NCBI GenBank assembly: GCA_977020255.1 | Contig: CDROCS010000666.1 | Span: 186,001 to 250,000, forward strand | Reading direction: 5' to 3' | DNA from: Obrimoposthia wandeli | Lineage: Eukaryota | DNA: 64,000 bases | In this document: in pieces, positions 22,046 through 30,667 of the stretch | How positions within the stretch are numbered: position 1 is the first letter of the stretch | Layout: the number at the start of each line of letters is the position of its first letter | Made by a program: the position numbers and the translations under genes | Notes under the pieces: model-generated | What the model was told of the DNA's origin: nothing | Database searches by the model: none | Seen by the model: the letters and a program-made list of their open reading frames with translations, nothing else

Positions 22046-22697
22046 GCTGTCATTACCTGCATAGAGGTATTCACTTGAGTTTATTTTTAGTTAACTTAAG
22101 GTTAGTTGAATAAAAAAGAAAAATCATGTACTCATGTTGTGGTTTTATTTACCACTGTATAACGCACATGCAAGCTGGCTTTTATTATGCTTATTTATAT
22201 TAGGGGTAAGCTATCTAAAAGCGGTTAAATAGCTAAATAGTTAAACAGCCTATTTCTGTTGATGTGATAAATTAACACTACCTTTCATAGGGGATATAAG
22301 AAACAGCTTCTGAGCGTGACTGATAGCCAGTACCATTAGTTACCCATAAGAAATAGTATTTTCGAACGTAGAGGTAATAACACTCATTTTGTTTTACCAC
22401 TTTAAATTTTGTATTAAAGCGAGTTATCGCTATCTGAAGTCTCATAGTAAGGTCGTAATCAATAATTGAATGTCTTGATAATGCCTCTATTTTTGCTATG
22501 TTATTAACATCAAAAAATAATCATGCGATCGAGTTAACGATTTTAAATTCATTGTTACGTGAGGATAACTAAATTATTAGAAGAAAATCCAATTAGACCT
22601 TATCAATAGTCTGTCTATTTTTATTGAATTTATTACTGTAGAACAACAATTAAACAGACCTCAAATAAGGCCTGTTTAAATAGAACAGAAACGTAGC

Positions 22698-22877
22698 CTA
22701 CTCTGGCTTGCGCTTACCTGTCATGAACTCTTCAAGAATCTCTGGCGTTAGTTCACCAGCTTCTTCTAAACGCTTTAGCTCTGCCACAATTAGCTTTTGT
22801 TCATCAAGAGAAGGAATCGGCAGCTCAGGCTCTTGCGTAATGTTTTCAGGTACACTCAGGTTTAGATCATCTTGCAT
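22698..22877 (-). CDS. Small acidic conserved-hypothetical protein
   Basis: PELPIPSLDEQKLIVAELKRLEEAGELTPEILEEF; protein-like composition, downstream hairpin. Start set at MQDD. Confidence 0.65.
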   Translation of the reverse strand: MQDDLNLSVPENITQEPELPIPSLDEQKLIVAELKRLEEAGELTPEILEEFMTGKRKPE

Positions 22878-23044
22878 GTTTAATCTCTTCATTATATTCA
22901 ATCACTGCGATCAGTATACAACAAACCCTAAGCAGAAAACTTGATCACAACCGCCGTTGTTTTTTTACTTGTTCAACTGCTTAATAATCAAACTTTTTCT
23001 TATAAAAAGGCCATGCATTATTTTCTTTTCACTCAATAAGAAAC

Positions 23045-23350
23045 TCACCACGAATTTTGGCTATCAATCATCACTTCATAATCGTGTTCTTTTTTATGAA
23101 TAAGATACAATTCAATTTCACCTAACTTAGGGTGCTTAAAATGATAGTGTCCATCAGGGAAATGAGTACTACCATCACCTTGAAAGTCGATCGTGAAATG
23201 TTCTATCGAACGCCCTAAATCATCCATGCCATGACGCTCTAATTGCGTAACCGATTTTACGCTAAATGTACCTAACACATCAGATTTATCAAACAAAAAG
23301 ACATGTTCACCAACCAGTTTTTCAATATTTTTCATGGATAATGGATTCAT
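23045..23350 (-). CDS. DUF6916-like hypothetical protein
   Basis: HFTIDFQG..FPDGHYHFKHPKLGEIELYL pattern; family recalled from memory. Confidence 0.55.
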   Translation of the reverse strand: MNPLSMKNIEKLVGEHVFLFDKSDVLGTFSVKSVTQLERHGMDDLGRSIEHFTIDFQGDGSTHFPDGHYHFKHPKLGEIELYLIHKKEHDYEVMIDSQNSW

Positions 23351-23631
23351 AGCTACCCCACTGTATATATCTAATATTCTGATCATCAAGATGCGTTTAA
23401 TTCATCGCATACCAATAATTATAGCTCGACCTACAACTATCAATAATATGCATTGATTGGTTGTTTAATTTCATATTGTGAATAGAAGCAAAGGCGGGTC
23501 TAATCATAACGACTTATCAAATTTAGGTTATTTTAGTTTTTATCGATAATAATAATATCTTTTCAATAGACATCATCTGGCTATCTTCTTAAAATTCTTC
23601 GCAATACAACCATTAATAGATACCTGTCATC

Positions 23632-24780
23632 ATGACTCTCTTTCGTTCTTTATTCTTTATCGCCGTTGCTTTTCTGGTTTCGTCTTGCTCGTTGCTTGAA
23701 ATTAAACTCGACTCACAAACAACCCCGCTCACCGCCCAAGAGCTCAATATTAGACTGTTGTCTCGTGATTACAGCATCACTTTTTTCAAGACTATTGAAG
23801 AAGCCGCTGATGAAATCGCTCAAGCTAACCTCGACGATAACATGCAATATTCGTATACGTTGCTTTGGAAAATTCATAGCGAAGAAGGGCTTCAGCAATC
23901 AGTCTATCAAGCATCTCCGCTGGCGAGCTTAATTGACAGCTGGGTATTTACCCACCAGATGAATGATTATTTCACGACAGGTGCGGGTGAAAAAATATTT
24001 GTAGAACAACAATATATAGCGACAACAGCCAGTAGTAAATTGGTTAAAGACGCAGATGCACTCGCGTTTAACTTATTAAAAAAAGCCGACTACGTAACTG
24101 CTAAACGGTTTGTCGCCCAGTTCAGCCAACAACATCCTTTTGAAAACCTTTCCTTTAAAAGGACACCTGCATTTAAAGATTGGCTAGCCTTCAACGGTTT
24201 TGATGAATCAGAAGCGGTAGCAACACTTGGTACAATGCCTGAAGCGCTAAGCGATCTATCAGATAGACTCAGCTTAATGTCAAATCAGACACCTAAGTTA
24301 TTATCATGGAAGGCAGAGTTAGTTGCGCGTAACAGTCGAGTGAATGGTGAACAGTTAAGCCAAACACTGTCAAATATCAATAATACATCATTAAAATTCC
24401 AAGAGTTTATCGATAACAACCCTGAATATATGCGCCTGTTAGCATCTGAAATGGGGAAAGAGCTACAACCATTACTGAATGATTTCGATAAAAAAGCAGG
24501 TGAAAAGTTAAATGTTATTACGCAAGAACGTATCGCGTTAGAAATAATGGTTGAGCGTGAACGTATTGCTATTGGTCAAATGGTAACGAAAGAGCGTGCA
24601 AATATAACCACAGATTTAGATGGTATCGCACAAAATGTTGTCAAAAAAGCCATCGAACAATTAACAGTAATGCTGTCAGACATTCTGATTTACCTAATAC
24701 TGTTTGTTCTAGTTATTTTCTTTGCACCCTTTGGGTTAGGTTTTCTTGTTGGGCGTAAAACCCATAAAACAAAAGCATAA
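23632..24780 (+). CDS. Conserved hypothetical lipoprotein with coiled-coil and C-terminal TM
   Basis: Lipobox LVSSC, long helical heptad region, C-terminal hydrophobic helix. Confidence 0.75.
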   Translation: MTLFRSLFFIAVAFLVSSCSLLEIKLDSQTTPLTAQELNIRLLSRDYSITFFKTIEEAADEIAQANLDDNMQYSYTLLWKIHSEEGLQQSVYQASPLASLIDSWVFTHQMNDYFTTGAGEKIFVEQQYIATTASSKLVKDADALAFNLLKKADYVTAKRFVAQFSQQHPFENLSFKRTPAFKDWLAFNGFDESEAVATLGTMPEALSDLSDRLSLMSNQTPKLLSWKAELVARNSRVNGEQLSQTLSNINNTSLKFQEFIDNNPEYMRLLASEMGKELQPLLNDFDKKAGEKLNVITQERIALEIMVERERIAIGQMVTKERANITTDLDGIAQNVVKKAIEQLTVMLSDILIYLILFVLVIFFAPFGLGFLVGRKTHKTKA

Positions 24781-24824
24781 TACGATTATTGATACGCAGA
24801 TAAGTTGACCTTATCTAACAACTA

Positions 24825-24860
24825 AAAAGGCGTACTCGCTATTAACGATGTACGCCTTTT
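24825..24860. terminator. Bidirectional terminator
   Basis: aaaaggcgtac-tcg...cga-tgtacgcctttt between convergent genes. Confidence 0.75.
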
Positions 24861-24865
24861 CTTTA

Positions 24866-25027
24866 TCAATAATCGAACTCACTATGTTCAGAGCTGTCGT
24901 AACGTTCCTTAACTATACGACGTTTCTTTTTACGATCATCTTGAATATAATCTTGAGAATCGTCACCAAAATCTAATTTTGATTTATCTTTCGCGCTTTT
25001 ATGAAATTTTTGGTCTAACTTAGCCAT
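24866..25027 (-). CDS. 53-aa highly charged small protein absent from the ORF track
   Basis: Hand translation MAKLDQKFHKSAKDKSKLDFGDDSQDYIQDDRKKKRRIVKERYDSSEHSEFDY*. AGGA RBS six nt upstream of ATG; terminator right after the stop. Confidence 0.75.
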   Translation of the reverse strand: MAKLDQKFHKSAKDKSKLDFGDDSQDYIQDDRKKKRRIVKERYDSSEHSEFDY

Positions 25028-25345
25028 GTTATTTCCTGAAATACATCCAGTGTGAGTGATTAGTAATAGTACAGTGGTAATAATAATGCTTTATTATTAC
25101 AAAATTACGAATATTCTATGTCGAAATCACTACAGATGACGAGACTGTTAAATCCATCATCATGACAATGTAAACATTCGTTCCTTAAGACTAATCGAAT
25201 CACAGAAGCCGTGTACAACAAGATTTTTTCACCGTTACCATTAGTATTTTTTATTCAAAGTAAATAAATCAAAAATACATATACATGCTGTGAACGAGTT
25301 AACAGTTTAGAACGAAATATTTTTAAGTTTAGTTAACTTTTAGTG

Positions 25346-26206
25346 TTAGACCGACTCAATAACATTATTAAAAGGTACAGCTAACATCGCTTCAATCATT
25401 TCTGATTTTTCATTATCTTCACGAGAAATCAAATATAGTGACTGCTCCATCACAGGTGCACCTTTCACTACATGCAATACGCCATCATCAACACTTTGTG
25501 CAACCACTGGTGACGGTAAATACCCCACGCCACCACTACCCAAAATATAATCTAACGCCATACGGCTTGAATGAGTATGTAAAATTGGCGTACGTTGTAG
25601 CTCATGGATCCGGCTATGCTCAACAGAAAAGCGCGTGCCCCAATCAAGATAGACCAATGGGATCTCTCGTACATTTTCCATCGTACAGTTCGGTTTATGT
25701 ACAACCAATTGTAATTGATAGTCACGTACTTTTGTGACTTGTAGATTTTCAATTCTTGGCGCTTCACTGGTAATCGCGACATCAATCGTCTTATCAAGTA
25801 ATCGCTTCGACATACTTTGACGAGGCACCGACTCTAAACGCAATGCTAAGCCGGGTATCGAGCCATATATGCGGTTTGTCCAATCTGAAATACCATCAAA
25901 TTCCCAAAAAAGTGCTGATGCTCCTATCGCTATCTGAGTGTTTAAGGTTTCAGATAATGCGACATCTTGCTTCGCTCGTCCCCACGTTTGCAATATGGCT
26001 TCAGCATACGGCTGTAAACGTTCCCCCGCAGCCGTTAAGTGCACATTGCCACGCTGCCTTGAAAATAATGGGTTACCTAACTGCGACTCTAATTGCCGAA
26101 TTCGAAAACTTACTGCAGATTGCGTAAGAAATAAATTATCTGCCGCACGGCCGAAATGACGTGTTTTAGTCACCTCTAAAAACGTTTTAAGTAATTCTGT
26201 ATCCAC
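25346..26206 (-). CDS. hdfR: LysR-family regulator, HdfR-like
   Basis: GTG start (M)DTELLKTFLEVTKTRHFGRAADNLFLTQSAVSFRIRQLE is nearly identical to the HdfR HTH; divergent from a maoP-like gene. Confidence 0.8.
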   Translation of the reverse strand: MDTELLKTFLEVTKTRHFGRAADNLFLTQSAVSFRIRQLESQLGNPLFSRQRGNVHLTAAGERLQPYAEAILQTWGRAKQDVALSETLNTQIAIGASALFWEFDGISDWTNRIYGSIPGLALRLESVPRQSMSKRLLDKTIDVAITSEAPRIENLQVTKVRDYQLQLVVHKPNCTMENVREIPLVYLDWGTRFSVEHSRIHELQRTPILHTHSSRMALDYILGSGGVGYLPSPVVAQSVDDGVLHVVKGAPVMEQSLYLISREDNEKSEMIEAMLAVPFNNVIESV

Positions 26207-26371
26207 AAGGCTTGCTCTCATAAATAACAACATTCATTAATTTGAATGTTACACCGAAACACTCAAAAAGCATCGATAAATAATTTTAATCGTTATGGTG
26301 AAAATTACTCGTTTTACAAGTTTGACTCTCTGCATGATTATCTGCGAAAACCTCAGCAGGAATATAAATTA

Positions 26372-26722
26372 ATGAGAATTGTAGGCAAATTTTACGACGA
26401 TAAAAATTTCCCTCGAGGCTTTAATCGTTCAGGTGTATTCACCATCAATGAAGCCAGCATGTTAGAAAATTATGGTCGCACTATGCGCGGTTTACAAGAT
26501 GGTTCAGTTGCTCCTATTGATGAATCTGAACGTCAATTTCTAGCTGAGGTTAATGGACAACAAGATGTCATGTCTGAATTTGGAAAATGTTGGATTAAAT
26601 ATTTAAATCGAACAACGACCAAAGAACGCCGTTATACATTGTGTGATTCACCTCGACGAAAGCCTAAAGGTTTATACGACTACGATGATAACGGCTCAGA
26701 TGATAATAACATTGATTATTAA
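26372..26722 (+). CDS. DUF413 / MaoP (YifE)-like protein
   Basis: FYDDKNFPRGFNRSGVFTINEASMLENYG matches the YifE family. Start at ATG26372 after AGGAA. Acidic tail DDNGSDDNNIDY. Confidence 0.85.
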   Translation: MRIVGKFYDDKNFPRGFNRSGVFTINEASMLENYGRTMRGLQDGSVAPIDESERQFLAEVNGQQDVMSEFGKCWIKYLNRTTTKERRYTLCDSPRRKPKGLYDYDDNGSDDNNIDY

Positions 26723-26845
26723 ACAGCTTTAACACCACTCGTCACCCTCTAATTAAATTATAACGACAAGCCATCGTCTAAAGAACGATGGCTTATTTCT
26801 TTTTGCGCTTAGAAAAAAGCTAAGCAATGTAACTTGGTAATATGT

Positions 26846-27874
26846 ATGAAAATTTGTTTTGTTATGTACCCGTGGGAAAGAGTAGAACCAGAATCTGACT
26901 CAACTTTACGAATGATTCACGAAGTCGCTAGTAGAGGGCACACGGTAGCCATTACAACGCCAAATAATTTGACAATGCGTGATAGCATGGCAATCGCATT
27001 CTGTAGCGTTTTAAAACAGTCTGACGTTTCTAACAACATACCAAGCTTTTACCGTAAAGCTGAATTTCGTAAAGCGCAGCTACCCTTAGCGGGTTTTGAC
27101 GCGATCATTATGCGAGCAAACCCACCGCTAGACACAATGGCATTGAATTTCCTTGATTCAGTTCGTGATGACACCTTCATCATGAATGATATTAACGGAC
27201 TGCGCGTTGCAAATAACAAGCTGTATACCGCGTCTTTACCTGATCCAAATAACGAGTTTATTCCTGTTACTCACGTCTCTAAAAATCGTGAATACCTAGA
27301 GCGCGTTCTGGAAGAAAGCCCTAACGATCGCATGATCATGAAACCGTTAGACGGTTACGGTGGTAGCGGCGTTATTTTGGTCGAGAAAAGTGCAAAATCG
27401 AGCGTTAAATCCTTGCTTGATTTCTATATCGGTGCCGACCAAAACTACGTGATCTTACAAGATTATATTGAAGGCGCTGAAAAAGGCGATGTACGTATCA
27501 TGATGCTAAACGGCGAGCCTATTGGGGCTATGCGTCGTGTACCAGCAGATGGCGATGTTCGCTCGAATATTCACGCAGGTGGAAAAGAAGTAAAACACAC
27601 ATTAACCAAGCAAGAGCTGCGTTTATGTAAGCACATTGGCCCTAAATTAGTCCGTGATGGTTTATTCTTTGTCGGGCTTGATGTAATCAGTGGCAAGTTA
27701 GTTGAAGTTAACGTACTCAGCCCTGGCGGCATCACACGAATTAACCGCTTAAATCGCACCAAACTTCAGTCTGAAGTGATTGATTTCGTTGAAACGGTAG
27801 TAAAAGCAAAACACTCTAGCATCGCGCGTAAAAATGCATTCAGCAAAGTAATTGAAGATGCTACAGCTAACTGA
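26846..27874 (+). CDS. GshB/RimK-like ATP-grasp peptide ligase
   Basis: MRANPP, NNKLY, MKPLDGYGGSGV, GDVRIMMLNG, RSNIHAGG, GLDVI..EVNVLSPGG. Confidence 0.85.
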   Translation: MKICFVMYPWERVEPESDSTLRMIHEVASRGHTVAITTPNNLTMRDSMAIAFCSVLKQSDVSNNIPSFYRKAEFRKAQLPLAGFDAIIMRANPPLDTMALNFLDSVRDDTFIMNDINGLRVANNKLYTASLPDPNNEFIPVTHVSKNREYLERVLEESPNDRMIMKPLDGYGGSGVILVEKSAKSSVKSLLDFYIGADQNYVILQDYIEGAEKGDVRIMMLNGEPIGAMRRVPADGDVRSNIHAGGKEVKHTLTKQELRLCKHIGPKLVRDGLFFVGLDVISGKLVEVNVLSPGGITRINRLNRTKLQSEVIDFVETVVKAKHSSIARKNAFSKVIEDATAN

Positions 27875-29840
27875 GCAGGAGGTACTGGATAAGATCCAGC
27901 ACCTTGTCCCATTTGAAGGACAACTAAACGACGGTAGCTTCACTATCCGTATTAGTGAGTATCAACCGTACATTGCAACAGCGATACATAACGGTAGCCG
28001 CCTACGTGGCGAGTTAATGACAAAATGCGAATTAACCGAAGAAGAACGATACTTCGAGGAAGATCCGTTTACTGGTGATTTCATTTCGTCTTTGCCTATC
28101 GTTTTACAAGGTGGTGATTCACGCTACGAATACGACTTAAATCGCGCACCTGAAAACTGTATTTATCAAGATGCGTGGGGAAAAAATGTGTGGTCAACAC
28201 CGTTAACGGATGTTGAAAAGGCAACCTCTTACAACAAGCATGCGTGCTATTACCGCATTCTTAAATGTTTAGTCGCCACGTTAGAAAATAAGTTTGGTTT
28301 GTGCTTATTGTACGATATTCATTCATACAACTATCAGCGCATAGAAACTGAAACACCAACATTCAATATAGGCACTAAACAAGTCAATGCACGCCGTTGG
28401 CGTAAAGAAATTAATGACCTATTAAGTGGTTTAAGCGGCATTGAGCTGCCAAATATTGATGTGACCGTCAAAGAAAATGACATTTTCAAAGGGATGGGAT
28501 ATCAAGCAACGTTCATTAATCAGCACTTCCACAATACATTGATTTTACCGATTGAAATCAAGAAAGTGTACATGAGCGAATTGGGCGGTGAAAGCTTTCC
28601 ACTTGTGATTGAAAAAATGAATGAATCGATGAAAATGGTTATCACGGAGCACGCCGCTTCTACCCTTTTACGTCGAACAAAAATAAAGCGTTTAACAGGC
28701 AGCCATATATTGGCCTCTAAGCTACCACGTGAAGTGATCAAACTTGATCGTCAACTTTATGCGATATCTCGTGGTATCAATACATTAAGCTATATAAACC
28801 CAACGAACTTAAAACAAGAAAAACGTCGCTTCTTGCATAACCCGTATTCATACCAGCCGCAATTTACATACCGCCAGCTGGATTTGGATCCATATAAGTT
28901 TCGTGAACAATTATATCGCTTACCTGTTGAAGATATTCGCGATGCTGATATCCAAAAACTGTATCGCAAAGTGATTGACCAGTTAGCCATTCGTATCGAC
29001 TTGCTAACCAGTATTGGCACTGATGAGTTCTTATATAACTCTTTACGCTACTATGGCCAGCCAGACGAACGAGATATTGCGAATGCAAATTTCATTCTTC
29101 ATGCTTGCGAATACCAAGAGCCACCAGAAGCAACGATTTGCGCAGCGGAAGCTATTCAAGCATTTAAAGATGCGGCAGATGATTACGGTATAACCTGTAA
29201 AGTGGTTGGTTCAAAACAACTGATTGCCAGAGCAATGGTGAGTGGACGCAGTATAAAAGTAAACACGGGGTGTATGTTCTCAACAAGGGACTTAGACGCA
29301 TTAATTCATCACGAATTAGGCGTTCATCTAGTCACTTCAGTAAATGCAGATGCACAACCACTTAACGTGTTGAAGCTGGGTTTGCCGGGCAATACACACA
29401 CACAGGAAGGCTTGGCTATCTTATGTGAGTTTTTATCAGGTAGCTTCCCATTACATCGCCTAAAAACACTCGCATTACGCGTAATTGCTGTTGATATGAT
29501 GGTAAATGGTGAAAGTTTTAGTGCAACATTTAATGCCTTAAAACATGTTCACAAACTATCGGATGATGATGCCTTCACCATTACAACGCGTGCGTATCGT
29601 GGTGGTGGCTTCACTAAAGATTTCTTATATTTACGCGGCTTAAAAGATGCTATTCATGCCTATAAGCAAGGGGATTTAACCTCATTGTTTGTGGGAAAAA
29701 CAGGGTTTGAATCGAAGCCTTTATTGGATGAGTTGATTGCACGAGAAATCTTGAAAAAGCCAGCGTATATACCCAAAGCGCTTTCTATCAAGAAAAAACC
29801 TGATCCTGTAATGGATTTCTTAATAAATTCCATCAAGTAA
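27852..29840 (+). CDS. N-formylglutamate amidohydrolase domain fused to DUF1704 (QEGLA-motif, MATCAP-like) metallo-carboxypeptidase
   Basis: N-terminal AIHNG, EEDPFT, SRYEYDLNR, YDIHSYN. C-terminal HHELGVH (HExxxH), TQEGLA, GGFTKDFLYLRG. Confidence 0.85.
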   Translation: MKMLQLTEQEVLDKIQHLVPFEGQLNDGSFTIRISEYQPYIATAIHNGSRLRGELMTKCELTEEERYFEEDPFTGDFISSLPIVLQGGDSRYEYDLNRAPENCIYQDAWGKNVWSTPLTDVEKATSYNKHACYYRILKCLVATLENKFGLCLLYDIHSYNYQRIETETPTFNIGTKQVNARRWRKEINDLLSGLSGIELPNIDVTVKENDIFKGMGYQATFINQHFHNTLILPIEIKKVYMSELGGESFPLVIEKMNESMKMVITEHAASTLLRRTKIKRLTGSHILASKLPREVIKLDRQLYAISRGINTLSYINPTNLKQEKRRFLHNPYSYQPQFTYRQLDLDPYKFREQLYRLPVEDIRDADIQKLYRKVIDQLAIRIDLLTSIGTDEFLYNSLRYYGQPDERDIANANFILHACEYQEPPEATICAAEAIQAFKDAADDYGITCKVVGSKQLIARAMVSGRSIKVNTGCMFSTRDLDALIHHELGVHLVTSVNADAQPLNVLKLGLPGNTHTQEGLAILCEFLSGSFPLHRLKTLALRVIAVDMMVNGESFSATFNALKHVHKLSDDDAFTITTRAYRGGGFTKDFLYLRGLKDAIHAYKQGDLTSLFVGKTGFESKPLLDELIAREILKKPAYIPKALSIKKKPDPVMDFLINSIK

Positions 29841-29987
29841 TGCCAGTTAAAGCGACTTCGGTCGCTTTTGTTTCATCTGTCATAAAAAATAAAACAATTA
29901 CCCCAGCAGTAATACGTGAAAATAAATCCTTACAAAAAGAACTTGAGATTGACGCATAAAATACTGACAATGCGCAGCGCATAAAAT

Positions 29988-30025
29988 TCTCGCTGAAACG
30001 AGCATCTTGAGGTAACTTGGGTATA
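29988..30025 (+). repeat. Partial ERIC/IRU-like element (right end)
   Basis: tctcgctgaaacgagcatcttgaggtaacttgggtata, ending in the GGGTATA terminus. Confidence 0.65.
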
Positions 30026-30182
30026 TAGATTATTTCAAAATAATTGAAACAATTACTGCTATTTCATGGTCAGATAAACATTATGAAATATAATACGGCT
30101 TTTACAGTTATGCACTTCGAGATTGAATCTGCCCCTGTAATTTACGCTACCGCTAATCAAAGATGAAAGGTTCGCTATCAGT

Positions 30183-30599
30183 ATGTCTTTTGGGGTGAGA
30201 AATCACCACATTGCAAAATGGTCACTGGTTATGGTTTGGCTAGTTATCGTTGTCTGTTTAGGACAACGGGCTGGTTTTATATCGTCGTGCCCAATGAGTG
30301 CTGACAACCGTTCATCTGAAGCATCGCTTTTCAATGACCAACATGCCAACGCAGAACTTGCATCAACAGCGAATACAAGTGATCGCAGCATTAATAGCGC
30401 AACTGACAAGCAATGTGACATGACAGATCACCTGCTTCAAGTTCATCAACACTCTTTTGAACATGCCCTCATCTTTATATCACTATTGATCGTTGTGCTC
30501 GCTTGGCTGAGTACGATGCAATACCGCATTCCCGTTTTAACTGAACCGATCCCCCCTACCCGACGGCTTCATTTAACCTTGTGTGTTTTTCGAGAATAA
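30183..30599 (+). CDS. Hypothetical membrane protein upstream of the DsbD-family gene
   Basis: Two hydrophobic segments, Cys/His motifs (CDMTDHLL), C-terminal RRLHLTLCVFRE, a pattern seen in small metal/redox-locus leader genes. Confidence 0.7.
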   Translation: MSFGVRNHHIAKWSLVMVWLVIVVCLGQRAGFISSCPMSADNRSSEASLFNDQHANAELASTANTSDRSINSATDKQCDMTDHLLQVHQHSFEHALIFISLLIVVLAWLSTMQYRIPVLTEPIPPTRRLHLTLCVFRE

Positions 30600-30667
30600 A
30601 CCCTCCGGCATTTCTACATCTGGCAAAAGCCAACATGATTTGTTTTAGCGTTTATTGGAGATCCACC

